64,000 nt of DNA, taken from the NCBI GenBank assembly GCA_040285855.1, contig JAUFOQ010000002.1:992001-1056000 (forward strand), written 5' to 3'. This DNA is from Eukaryota sp. GEM-RC1. Its lineage: Eukaryota. The notes beneath the pieces are model-generated. The model was not told where the DNA came from and made no database searches. It saw nothing but the letters and a program-made list of their open reading frames with translations. The position numbers and the translations under genes were made by a program. Positions 22,972 through 35,806 of the stretch are shown here, piece by piece (within the stretch, counting starts at the first letter, position 1; each line of letters opens with the position of its first letter).

Positions 22972-24835
22972 TATTGAAGGTCAATAATTGGTCTCTAGCA
23001 GTAATCGGGATCTGCATTACACAAATATTATCAGTAACCAATCCTAAGTCCCAGCAAGCTCTTCAATTAGTGAAGGATCGCTGATTTGTTTCAGTGGTAC
23101 TAATTAACACCAGAACTCATGTATTAAAGCGTAGCTTTGGCGTCACATTCTGATTGTGACTATAATGTAGTGTTAAATATGATTCATGAAACTGTACAAT
23201 TTGAATCAGTGGCGATTAAAAGTAAAGTAGATGAAATACATGTAGTATCGTTTAATATTCTCATTACAAAAATCATGCTAGTGGATGGCAAAAAATCAAT
23301 TTTAATAGGTTGTTTATTGTTTTTGAAAGAACCAAATACAGTCCACCCTCCCAATCCAACCAGTTCGATTCCTGGTCATATTGAGTGGGTATGCCACACT
23401 GTTACTGTTGTCAAAATCAATATAAGATTGTATATTGTCAATACTAGTATATACTGGTTGATTAAATTTAGTTTCTGTGAGTCAATAGTGGCTCTAGGGC
23501 ATTCCCAATGTAGAAGTTGTTCGTCACACTCACTAGCTTATGGTGCACTGAACCACACTCTGATTGAAAATACTTCAGTGCAGCAATATCGATTACATAA
23601 CAACAGAAAAGATTGAGTTCATGTCATGTTAGGTAGAACAAATCGCTTCAAGTAAAAAAATAACATAAAGTAGTGTGTAGTACTTTCCGTAGGTTCAGGC
23701 ATAAAAGAGGCTCCGATAGAATGATATTGTCTTCAGCAACACCTAAACGATCACTTTACAATGTATTTCTTCAGCCATTACACAATGGATTTCTGTTAAG
23801 ATGGACAAATTAGCACTGGAATATACTACAATATTATTTTCTATTGATTCAACCAACAATGTATACATCTACACGTATATTCTTAGTTACAGAAAAAATA
23901 GGGTTGATGATTTTTCTGCTCTTGACGTAGCTGAAAAAGGGAACAGTACAAAGTACTGTCATTTATAAACCATTTGTGTTGAAGTCTTAGAACTTCTATT
24001 AATAAATAGTATTCCCTTTTTCTTGTGCACGGACCAACAATGATGTCATAAACATGGGGTAAAGGTTACGTACAATTCTTTTGTAGTTCAACCAATTGCG
24101 ATGTCGCTATACGGTAATGTTGACCAGTTGCATACGGATTTTTACCTTCCTTTGGCAAATCGTGTTCTGAGTACGGTAAAATTTTCAATGATATATATTA
24201 GATGAGAAGGTTAACGTATACGCTGTTTCGTTCAATGCACAGATATTTTAATTCAATTTGAGGTAAATTGTTTGGTGAAGGACAGAAGGACGATACTTTT
24301 GTTAGTGTCTGTTAGTTCAGATTTTATTTTGCAAAAAACATTGATTTTCCTAATTGATCATGAACCCCATTTTCTTACAAATAAAAATAAAATAAAATAA
24401 ATAAATATTTAAGTACAGTACAAATTAAATGTAAATAGATGCTTATTGCACTAAATACAGTACGAATATATTTTTCCCAATCCTACATGGAATACATTTG
24501 CAATAAATATTTCCCCTATTCTTACTGTTGTCGCATTCTTGGGATATCCAACTTGCTATCATATCGTTTTTATGGAAAATCTGGCATTCTGATAGAATGA
24601 TTACCAATCATTGGTTCAAAGCTGTTGATCATTGAAGAAATTAATCATCATCCAACAGTGTCATCAATTTCTATTAACTATGACAAGATACATGAATAAT
24701 TGATTTAATGTAGTATTGCTAGATTTTACAACTGTAGACCAACTGCTACAACGGTTTCTTAATTTATGACTTTTAAAAAAGGAATAAATACAGACTTAAC
24801 GGCAATCACCAACAATCAAAAAACAGATACTTAGG

Positions 24836-27376
24836 TTACATGACACTACAACAACACTTACAACAACCTTCCTTCCCTTGTTCCAACTGCAATGTCAGAT
24901 CTTCAACTTCTTTATTCAGCCGTAGGTTTTCCTTTAACACGTTCTGATAAACCTCAGCTGATGGAGCCTTTGTATCAATTAAATGATGCCCAAACACATA
25001 GATAGGCAGTCCAGACACAAGAAGTTCTGACAGCGACTGAACATCGGTAACTTCAAAGGTCTCACTATAATAGAAATCATCATCAAGACGGTTGGTCTGA
25101 ACTAGAGAGTCTGGATGGGGGAAAGAAAAACTGAAGGAAGATTGAACTCGTTTTAGGAGGCAAGTTTTCAATCGACGTGACCTCGAGAGTAATTCTACTG
25201 ACTTCTGACGACTCATGGCTAATTTCAGGAATGTATTTTAAGGACAACGTGGTGCTCAATGAAACCGAACCCTTGACAACAGAGTCTAATGGAGATCGAA
25301 CCTCAAGTAAGAAGCTTCCGTCAGCTTCCACTGATTCCAAGTCTAGATTCAAAGTAGCAACACCCAACAACTGATCTTCTACTTGAGAGAGCTCAGAGAC
25401 GACATCAATCAATTTTAAAAAGGAAGAACATTTGTCATTACCAACAGTCGTTTTGAGGAATAGAGCCTCACTTAAATCATTTACAACGGAAGCTAACACG
25501 TCAACAGAGCACCATCTGATCTTGCCTTGTGATAGGTCAACGACATTGATTGAGCAAGGATCACTGGAATCATCAGAACGAAGAGATGAGAGGTAAAGCG
25601 AGCAATGATATGGTAGTAGAAGCTTCTTGCACAGACAATTAGCTTGAGTAACCAAATCGTCTACATAAACCAGTTCCTTCTTGAACTTATCAAAGTCACC
25701 TGGACCAAACTTTAACTTATAAACAAATTTAATCAACTCTGTTTCATCTAATTCAGTTGTGTTGTTACCAGGGTGGTGGAACAGCATAAACAAGTGAGCA
25801 TTGACTCCAATTAGAGAGTTGTGCTGGAGGAGGGTGGTTTCAGTAATAATGGAACCATTGACAGAGATAGAAACTGCATTGTTTTTACCAGGAATGACGT
25901 AGTATTCACCATCAATCAGCTCAATAATATAGGAGAAGGGATCGCCTAATAGCTGACAATCCACTTCAATATTACAACTTTCAGTATTTCCAATTTCAAA
26001 CTTGCCCCTCTCATTGATCACGTCATCCCCGAGACTTTTCATGACCACTTCACCAGTCAAACCAGTAAAAATAAAGGAATTATTAAGGACTAGGAGAGCG
26101 GGCTCTGGATGTTCAGTCAAATCTTCAAAAGAAACGATATTCTCAGTCTTTTCTTCAGCTGCAACTTCCTCAATGAACTGATTGGCTTCTTCTTCTTGCT
26201 TCGCTAGACTTTTTGATAGGTCTGCAATCATCGACTCATAATCTGAAATCACGTTATCATGAGTTTTTGAAGATTTTGATAATTTTAATTTCAAATCCTT
26301 GATTTCTTTTCCAGAGCCTCGATTATAACAGCTTCCTTTGTCTTATTAACCTTAGGTACAACAGGAATCTGTTTGGCTCTATTACAAAACGAAAGAGTGT
26401 TTAGAGTTTCAGGAACGTCATCACTTGATGACGTGATGGTTCCAATCAAAAAAGTCTTGGAGTTTCCGCCAAGTGCTGACGACAACAATCGTGTTAACAC
26501 TGAACCTCTGAAAGAGACAAACACGTTCTTACCAGGATTCTTGGCTTGCTCACATAGTTTAGCCACTACATTGCCTAACGCCAACAGACTCTTATTGATA
26601 TTAGCAGCTTCCTTTAACCTAGCTCCCGTCGCTCCAGTCTTCGAAAGTCTTTCACTTCCAGCTAAATCAACAAGGTGAGTCTTGGCTGTGAACTCAGAAC
26701 CATCATCCAAGCACTTCTTCAGGGAAATAGAGACAACACAATGAGAACGAGAAGATTCATGATTCAGAAGGGTACCGAAAGTAGTCCTGTTTTTGAAAGA
26801 AGAATTGATTACTTTACTCAGCTGTTCATATGACTTAACACAAAGGTTAGTAAGGTGAGGGACAAAAGGTCCTAGAGTCCTGCATTCACGAACTTGGAGT
26901 TGGTGAGGGTTCTTGGTGTTTAAGAGATCGTGGATGTTTTCATTGTACACTTCAAGAACAGATACGTGTATACTGGAGTTCTTCTGTTCAGATGGAGTTA
27001 AACTGTTGAAAAGAGAGAATAGGTGTTTGCAGAAAAGTGGGATCAAACCTGGATGAGATTCACTTCCGAATAAGGTGTAGGTTTTACCACTACCGCTCTG
27101 TCCATAAGCGAAGACAGTAGAATTGTAACCCTCCCAAAGAGATTGAAGAGCAGCATTTCCAGTTTGGGAGAAGACGTCTGCTTGTGTAGCGACCTTTTGT
27201 GAACTGTCAAATGACCAGAAAAGTGTGTCAAACGCGAAAGTTCTTGAGTTTTTTGCAGATGGATCTTCAACAGTAACGATCTGATCAGCCATTGAAACAG
27301 TAGGTGTTGCATTGAGGTTAACCTCTCTGGAGCTGAAAGGTCGAACACGAACACTAACTCGGATATTTTCGGGCAT
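24836..27376 (-). CDS. Kinesin-3-like N-terminal motor protein with FHA-like domain
   Basis: VRVRPF, FAFDTLFWSFD, GQSGSGKT, SSRSH, DLAGSER, ANINKSL; FHA-like FEIG..VNG..L.HNSLI; frameshifts at T-run 26307-26310 and G-run 25117-25121. Confidence 0.85.
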
Positions 27377-27441
27377 TGTGTTACAGTGTTGATTTTAGTA
27401 GTAGATCATCTAACTACTTGTGCCATTCCGTCTCGGTTGTC

Positions 27442-28011
27442 ATGAGACCTACAACAGGTCGCCCTTCTTTTGATAATCGACCATCTGTTCTTTGTGTCAA
27501 AACCTATAATTGTCTGGAAGATCCATGTTTATCCAACTTTTGGTCTCGTAAATCTGTACAAACCCGACTTCAGGATCTCAAAGACGACTTTGTGTCTTCC
27601 ATAAAGTTAGAGTCATCTTCTAGACGACGATGTACAACTCCAGTATCAAGGCGATCTCGTTCTGTAACTCCAACCACAGTTCCTAAACTCACCTCTCATG
27701 TCCCTGTTAAGAGCAAGAGGTCGTCTTCAGCTCAGCCTCCTAAAAGACCTCCACTGCCAAAACAAGACAATCCTCTATCTCAAACATCTTACTATCCCAA
27801 AGCCTCTATTGCTAACAACAATTCCAGATTCAAACCCAGTGTCTCTCCAACACTTCTATCAGAAATGGACTCAAAGAACGTGTACCGAAGTCTTTGCTAT
27901 ACTCCGCCCCATCAATATGATTCTGTAGAACAAACCACTTCATGTGGTTCTTTCCCCAAGGTCTTTTCTAGTCCTGTAAGAAGAACGGTGGGGACCTCTC
28001 AAACCTTGTAA
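27442..28011 (+). CDS. Ser/Pro/Arg-rich hypothetical protein
   Basis: ATG-initiated ORF divergent from the kinesin; contains a YNCLEDPCL motif. Confidence 0.6.
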   Translation: MRPTTGRPSFDNRPSVLCVKTYNCLEDPCLSNFWSRKSVQTRLQDLKDDFVSSIKLESSSRRRCTTPVSRRSRSVTPTTVPKLTSHVPVKSKRSSSAQPPKRPPLPKQDNPLSQTSYYPKASIANNNSRFKPSVSPTLLSEMDSKNVYRSLCYTPPHQYDSVEQTTSCGSFPKVFSSPVRRTVGTSQTL

Positions 28012-28927
28012 ATAATGTTGTTTTACCAGTATTGCAGAAGACGAGGTTTAGAATGCCTTAGCGCTGATCTTGTTATTTGTATATGGATGAATTGTTGTTT
28101 CAACTGCATTTGTAATTTATTCTTCATTTTCTTTTCTTTTTGTGTTTAGGCTCTTTTTTACAGTTTGCCTTTTGTTTGATTAGGTTTTAAATTGTGACCA
28201 GGACTTATCAACTGGTTTTAATTGGTTCTCTTTTATTTCTGGAGTTTTGTTTAGTTTGTGTGTTAATATAGTACATGTAGATGTGTTATTTCTTTTTAAA
28301 ACATGTATTGGTACCACAAACTATTCATACGAACTAATTCATGTGCAGAAGTTTAATTCTACAAACTAACTCGAGAACTTTGAATTGGATTTAAGGAGCC
28401 GTATTCGTTGGCTGTAATGTTTGCAAGAGTGATGGGGATATAGTATTGTAAGTTTGAAATATTTATATTGTATATTTTAATGGTTGTGTTTAACGACATT
28501 ACATTATAGAAGAAAAATTAACAGTAACAACAATTCAGTAGTTATAGTACTCTTTCATTGAAATTGATTCTCACCAAATGTGGTACTAGTAGTTATAAGG
28601 TAGTTATTTCTCAAGAGTATTATCAGTTCAATTTCATTAAGTACATATTATAAGCACACCAACTAAAACCAACTGCTGTGGTTGTGATGAAGTAGTGTGT
28701 CATATTTTGAAAGGTGATGAATCCTGTTGCTTAAAGAACAAACATATACTCCTTGTTCCTTGAATTCAACTTGAAATTATAGGAATCGGACTGTATACTA
28801 CAAACTTATGTACAATATACTAGTAGTAGAATTACTGGAGACAGTCCAAAAGCAGTAATATTTGAAATATTTACTCAATAAAAAGAATCTCAGTCCTAAA
28901 TTGAAAAACTAATTAAAACAGTTCAAA

Positions 28928-29704
28928 TCAATCCAAATAGTCAAATGTCGCTATTCCAATAACATCACCTTCAGAAGTCTGCATAAACGCAAATCTTGGC
29001 ATTTCATTGAAAGAGAAATCAGAGTAGAGAGATGGAGGTTTTGAAACACTGTTGAAACACTCAATAGTTTTTGGACAATCTGATGGACAATCTCCATCAT
29101 GAACATCAACAAGAGGAGCGAAATAAACAATACGTGACTGACAGAAATTGGGAAACGAAGTGCGTACATGCTTTAAGACGTTGGTGCATTGCAACTGGTC
29201 CTCATCTGACTCAATTTTGGCTAGGACATGGGAATGTGAGTCATTCTTTGAAAGAGTCTCCTCTAGTGCTTCTCTGACTTTATCCTCATCACAAATCTCA
29301 TTTCTTGGAAACAATGTTTGGTGACAAGGATCCAATGTTACAAACCAACGTTGTGTTTCAATTTCAGTATTTAGATGAAGTAACTGCATCAACTCAGTAG
29401 CAGTGGGAAGATCTTGCAGGGTCCATGTCTTTTGAACCGATGATTGTGGAAAAAACAGAACATGGAGCAATCCTCCTCCTGCACCGTAATAACCTTCACG
29501 ACCAGATACAATAGTGCAAACATCTTCCAACAATCGTCCAGCAATGGATTCTTTGGCAGGAATAGAGACTCCTTCAAAGTGATGAACATTCAAATCCTGC
29601 CATTGTTTTAGTGTAAACTCAGGGTCAATAAGGGGGAAATCTGCATCGGAAGACCAACGCTTGATTTTGGTAATCAATTCGGGATGTGGAGGTGCTTCTG
29701 TCAT
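28928..29704 (-). CDS. Hypothetical protein
   Basis: About 258-aa ORF with globular-protein composition; family not recognised. Confidence 0.7.
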   Translation of the reverse strand: MTEAPPHPELITKIKRWSSDADFPLIDPEFTLKQWQDLNVHHFEGVSIPAKESIAGRLLEDVCTIVSGREGYYGAGGGLLHVLFFPQSSVQKTWTLQDLPTATELMQLLHLNTEIETQRWFVTLDPCHQTLFPRNEICDEDKVREALEETLSKNDSHSHVLAKIESDEDQLQCTNVLKHVRTSFPNFCQSRIVYFAPLVDVHDGDCPSDCPKTIECFNSVSKPPSLYSDFSFNEMPRFAFMQTSEGDVIGIATFDYLD

Positions 29705-29980
29705 AAGGAGACACAATCAAAAAAAATCTTTCAATGACCAAACGTGAACTCACTGCAAGATAATCAGCCTTTGAGTTTGACCTTCTGGGATTCTTAGCTG
29801 CGTGGTAGTGTTAAGTAGCAAAGCCATCCTTGTAATTGTAGTGCAAATGTAGTAAAGAATCCACACAGTAAAACCCTGAATTGCCAAATGTACACCATCG
29901 AAACGGTAGTTGTTCCAGATGCAGGGGAGATTCTACCATTGAGCTCTACTAATAGTAGATTTCGACTTTTGCTTTGTTCA

Positions 29981-31110
29981 ATGACCCCTTTGTTTCTCGT
30001 TCTTCTGTCATTTTTCACCGCTGTCCTTACATTTCTGTTACTAAGAATTGTCAAGTGCTATTCCTTCAAAGTTTGTACATCATGTCAGAAGTTGCGACGT
30101 TTCATAATTCAGTCTTCCATTACTTGCTCTAAACCTCCACTGTTTGCTCTTACAGGAAAGATACATACTGCGTTATCTTTCAAACGACCTGCTGCCTCTC
30201 TTTCTTGGAACAGGATCACAGTATCTGATCAAAATGGGGAGATTTTGCCATTGACAAATTGTCTGATGAGAAGCCTGTCTGTGGTAAGTTTAATCTTCCA
30301 TCTGTACTTCCCTCGATTTCATCCAATTCACCTGTGCTCCTTATCATACATTCTCTGGGAGGATCTCCACGAGAACGCTGCGTTAGACGCTTGGCTTATG
30401 CAGCTCGTTGTCAAGGGTACAGAGTCTATTGCTTAGTTGTAAGAGGTTGTGGAAGCCATAGGTTAGAGCGCACGGAGTTCGTAGGTTTGGCTGGGGTAGA
30501 TTATCGAGACTTAAAGTGTGCTATTGAACATATATCTTCTCAACATCATGAATCTAATCTATTTCTTGCTGGATTTTCATTGGGATCAATGCAATTGTTA
30601 AACTTTTTAACTCGAAATTCCGAATTTGTTCAAAAATTTAAAATCAAAGGTGCTGCTGCCGGCTATACTTCATTTGATGCTTCTATCGGTCTTCGAATGA
30701 GTAAACGTCAGCAACTGCAGTTTGGTTCAATAATTAAAAAATGGGTTGATAATAATTGGAAATATGTCCAATCACTTCCCGGTATAAGTGAATGGGATGG
30801 AACTCTAGTTTCTTTTGATAACCTTGTCACATCAAAAATGATGGGATTTTCATCTGCTGCTGAATATTACACTGCCATTACTGAAGGATGTACTGAATTG
30901 TTACCTAATTCTCCAGTTCCATTGCTTTTGTTTTGTACAAAGGATGATCCAGTTACAAAAGGGTTTTCTCCTAAGGAAATTTGTTCTGATCTTTCCAATG
31001 TGTTGTTAGTGGAAGCTAGTGAGGGAGGGCATTTAGGAACTTTGATTAGAGGCGAGAATCGCGATGTTTTTAGTCAGTTAGTTGTAGAGTTTATGGAGTT
31101 TGTGAAATGA
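29981..31110 (+). CDS. Alpha/beta hydrolase (ABHD1/3, YheT-like) with N-terminal membrane anchor
   Basis: HSLGG, RGCG, nucleophile GFSLG, DDP, GGHLG; frameshift at G/T-runs 30236-30246. Confidence 0.85.
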
Positions 31111-33975
31111 TCTTTTGTTTTAAATGTTGATTGTTTTGAAAGGTTTTTTGTTGTAGAAGCCTGCTCAGTGGCGGATTTAACACACAAATTCTATCTTATA
31201 ATGTAATATTTATATTAAGTGTACTAATTTTTCAAGAACTTACTTATTTAGAACGGACACATTAATATAAGAACAAAAACTAAAACTTAGTATCATTACA
31301 ATAACGTTCATTGCCAAAAGTATAGTAAAGGACATTGAAAAGGTTTATATGACTAACCATTGAGTCTCACCCGATATACAGTGATAAATGAATTCATTCT
31401 AAAGAAAGACAGGGTTGCCAACAATCATATAAAGACTCACTGAATCGTAGTACTTAAAGTAGATACAGATGGACCGTCAACACGAATAATATGCAATAAT
31501 TCCATATACTGTTTCAATGACGGGTATTACAAGCTACAGTCTTATAGGTGGACCAAAAAGTGTTTTAGAAATTAATTCTTGAAACAAATACATTAAATAA
31601 GTAGTGTTTTGTCAGAACACCGACTGTGTAGATTCTTCTTTCCGACAACCAATGAGATTACACTTAACACCAATGAAAAAAGCGAATTCAATCTAAGCAT
31701 GTCCACTGCTGTCCTGAAATTTTCAGCTACCACATTGAATATTGCACTTAATCGATTTACTATTAAGACAGATCGGTACTACATGTAGTACAAATTTTTA
31801 CATAAATGTTGTGGTTGAATGTTGAGCACATTAATAGTTGCAGGTCTTGGTATTTACATTGAGACCAAAAGCTAATACTTGAATGAAAAATTGAACAACT
31901 ACTGCTTCTGACATGAATTTTTCTACTTTTTGCTGTGGAGCAGTTTATATTGCTTCGCTGATACAATTTTGCAGTATTGTAAAAATACATGATTATTCTG
32001 TTCTTTTGGTTCACCTTCTGAATTAACAAGACAATCATTTCTTTTATTTGTTGAACTATAGTGCGAATATGTTTTAGCAGATTGATTTCTAATTCTTGAT
32101 TTTGTCTAATAGGTCGACTGTTAAGCACAGTGTTTATTTAAGTAAATTCACACACACAAAACTAAAACATGAGAGTGTTGCTGTTAAACTACCGTATAAA
32201 CTGTCCAGTATTCAGAGCAAAGATAAATGAGAGTCACGATATATTGATTTGAACTAACGTCAATTTTCAGACGTCTAAACAAATGGGAGAGACTGTTTAG
32301 TAAGCAAAAGAAAGTATTCAGCTGTAACTGATTTTAACTTAAGCCTGCCTGGTTAGAATACAGATAAAGATAATGACGAAAAATGAAAATGTTTGGGTGA
32401 AGCTATCCTGAGTCAGATGATCGGTATATATTCAAAGATGTAGATAATAGGACTGTGATTATTTCAAATGTTTTAAATGCAGACTAAGAATACGAAATGA
32501 TTAATGTTGTTGCAATACGGTTTCCCCCCTGCTACAAGTACTACACATAAAACATATTTTGGTGCTATTGTTTGCGACGAATCTCTAGATGCATACAAAC
32601 CCTGCTTGCTGACGTTAACACCATTACCTCTAACGGACCGTTGAAGATTCAAGGTTTGAATTTCAAACTATAAAGATTTAAGTTGGATACCATGTACAAG
32701 TGTAGATTATCATAGCATGAGAATCGTATATTATAAACCACCTTAATTTCACTCATTGTAGTATTTCCCTAACTTTAAGCAACACAAGGGAAGATGAAAG
32801 GCTCATTTCTCGCTCAAAAAAAAACAATCGGTGATTACAGAACCTCTATGTTTTCCGCTACACTTGAAAAGCAGCTTTTCTTGGAATACAACATACACTG
32901 TTGAAATGATAAGTTTATCCAAAAGGTATTGGTTCTAGATCAGAATGATGATGACGATTCTGAGCAAGAACAATCTACAACAAATGTCGATTCTAAATTC
33001 TGATTAACTCATTCTTACGGTCTGTGATTGTTGTGTACCCTTTTCTTTTTAGTTGTAGTTCTTTTTAGTTGTAGTCCACCTCTTTTGTTATAATCTTGTC
33101 TTCTCCATCAATAAACCTCATCGCAATCTTCTTCTCAATGTGGTCCCAGTGGTTGATTAGGGGATTTGTCCATCTAAGTGGACTTCGATCCCACACTCAG
33201 ACTCTCTCCTCTCCTATCCCTTTGTCTCTATAGAACCAATTGGTCTGTATAAAAACTTCAAAAAAAACGAATTTCTACACACGTGAACTGGAAGAAAATA
33301 AGATCAAAAGTTCATTGAGATCTTGGTTTTTCTTAGGAAGTGTGAGTCAGCCTTCAGACTTTCTGTTATTTCAAATAAAATTTGAATTCTGAAAACAACC
33401 AAACTCTAGTAAAAAAACATTTAAACCAATGGGTAAAAGAATTTCCTTCTTTTACTGTATGAAGTCTCTAAAGGAATTAAAATAGGAATTGATAAGAATA
33501 ACAGTAGGAATCCACAGGGGGGATAAAATGACGTATATTCGTGAGTCAATAATGTTAGAAATTAACTTGAATATTGACTTTGGTTATTAACAATATTTAA
33601 AAAACACCAATCAATCCTAAATCTAACCTATTTGATATCTCGAACAGGTCCTCAAGAAAGGCCAGTAGCAAAAAAGACACCGAGAATGAAGAGGGTATAG
33701 ACAAAAGAAATAACAGGATTAAAAGATACACGTCATCAAGATCTGAAAGAATCAGACATAGACTAAAACAGTGGACAGCTGCCGTATGTGAAGAAACAAA
33801 CGTCCAGAATCTTAAGACGTGGTTCCGACACCAATAACAGTAAATGACCAAAGAGGCAGAATTGGAGTGGATGACAGTCGAAATACTAGAGAAAGAGGCG
33901 CTCATCGTTCTACATGTAGGTCTGATACATGTAGTTTGATCAAGATTTGAGAACTGCTATTTTAGTTCCCATCTA

Positions 33976-34233
33976 ATGAAGCAACCTCTTCAAGAACAAG
34001 ATCAACAAAAGCGTCTAAAAACATACTCCAACGCCCTTGACCACTATGAACGAACATATCGTCCTCTTGCACTTCCTTCTGATGAATCTTGCGGTCGCCG
34101 TTGCTTGAAATGTCGATGTTGCTGCTGCTGTGGATGCACTTGCTTTTGGGTATCCTTTGTTTTTTTTGTACTGCTTTTTCTGATACTGGGATTTGTGTTT
34201 TGGGCTGATATTAAACCTTACGTCATAAGGTAA
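33976..34233 (+). CDS. Small Cys-rich single-pass membrane protein
   Basis: CRCCCCCGCTC immediately before a hydrophobic helix. Confidence 0.55.
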   Translation: MKQPLQEQDQQKRLKTYSNALDHYERTYRPLALPSDESCGRRCLKCRCCCCCGCTCFWVSFVFFVLLFLILGFVFWADIKPYVIR

Positions 34234-34329
34234 CGTTTGCGTTGCATTTATTGTACAATACTCTATGTTTCTTTCTGCTATGTATATGTTCTTCTAGAAA
34301 AACTATTATTTTACATCAGTTTGCTGTTC

Positions 34330-35690
34330 TTAGCCTCTATTTAATTGCCGTAATTGATAAAATTCCTGTTTCTGTGCATTAAAGAAGCTCTTAAAGTCAT
34401 TAACAGGTGCCCTGGGGAGTTCAGATGCTAAGTACTGGAGATCATCTGTCTCTACATCATCTCCTCTTGATATCTCCAACTGAGCCCTCAAAGAAGAAAT
34501 GATGTCATCTTTTTGAGCTAATTGTGATATCAGTCGCTCAATTTCGTCCTGGGATTCTTTGTACAATAAACGTAGACGATGTTCCTGAGAATTGGTAATG
34601 TGTAGTTCGAGTTCGTTTTTTCTATCTGAAGAGAAGCAATCTGATGTTTTAAGTCAAAAATCTGTTGATCTCGGGCGTAATCGTGATTGACAATGAGTTC
34701 TTTTTCTGAGATTCTGTGAGCATGTTCTTTTGAGGAACTATTCATTAGTTTGTGTCTCACTTTGAGAGAACGTTCCATCTCCAAAAGATGAGCCTCCTTG
34801 TTCCTTAACTCTTCCTCCCATTCGAATATTCTTGACTTATAGTCTGGCTGGTCAACGTGTTGAGAAAGTGGAGAGTATACGTCACTATGAGAATCAACCG
34901 ACCATTCTCTCTGAAACAGATGTGAATCTGATGCTTGATTACTGATATGTGGAGGTTGCTCAACATTTTCACTATTAAAGTTACCATGGAGATTGGTCTG
35001 ATCTTCAAAATCTTCTGCAGAAGTAGAACTAACAGCCAAATCTTTGATGTTTAAAGTCGGTGAAGGCAGGTTCTGTACTAAATCGAGGGCAGAATCTGGA
35101 CACTCATCATGTTGAGAAGCATGTACAGCATCAAACTCACTGCCCATTTCTGATTCAGATGCAATATCTTGTTCTCCGCCATTTGAAATTGACTCAATTA
35201 GCCTTTCACAACGATCAGATAGCTCATTGATTCTTGTTGCATCTCTTTGAGAGTTGTCTTCAACCGTCTGTATTAAGGAAGAGAGGGATTCTAGGTGGTC
35301 ATTACAGAGTTTCTGTGCTGATTGTTCCTGAGTGGTCATTGCGATCTCTATTGCAGTTTCGAACTTGGAATGAGCTGTGGAAACAGTTTCAGATGTTTGT
35401 TGTGATAACCTCGATTCTTCAGACTTTATGTGTTCCAGCATTAAATAAAGATCTTTGAGTATGTTTTTGCTGTCAAAGCTAGAAGATGTAAGCGAATGAG
35501 TGTTGTGAGACACCCATTGCGTGAATTCAGAGTGTATTTCCAAAGCAAGTTCCTCAAACTTCTGAAGCGTCAGGACGAACTTGTCACGTTCCTGATTTAG
35601 AGACAACAGCTGATTAAATACAACACGAAAAAGAGACTGAAGTTCCTCCGATTGTGAGTTTGGTACTTGTAGTTGAAGAGGGGATGTCAT
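34330..35690 (-). CDS. Coiled-coil protein of unknown function
   Basis: ORFs 34530-35690 and 34330-34566 join if one base is added to T-run 34616-34621. Confidence 0.7.
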
Positions 35691-35806
35691 TAAGTGACAA
35701 AAGTGGAAGGGAAGTCGATGTTAGATGACTCACAAAAAATGGCTTTAGGTTTGCCTTCAGACATTGTACACATTGCTTTGCATTGTACGTAGTTATTGCT
35801 ACTCAC

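Noticed and set aside
23358..23376. tRNA T-arm-like CCAGTTCGATTCCTGG
   Set aside because: No D-arm, anticodon arm or acceptor stem around it.
23137..23616. 159-aa ORF and similar short ORFs in AT-rich spacers
   Set aside because: Non-ATG starts or no motifs, and composition typical of non-coding or TE-derived DNA.
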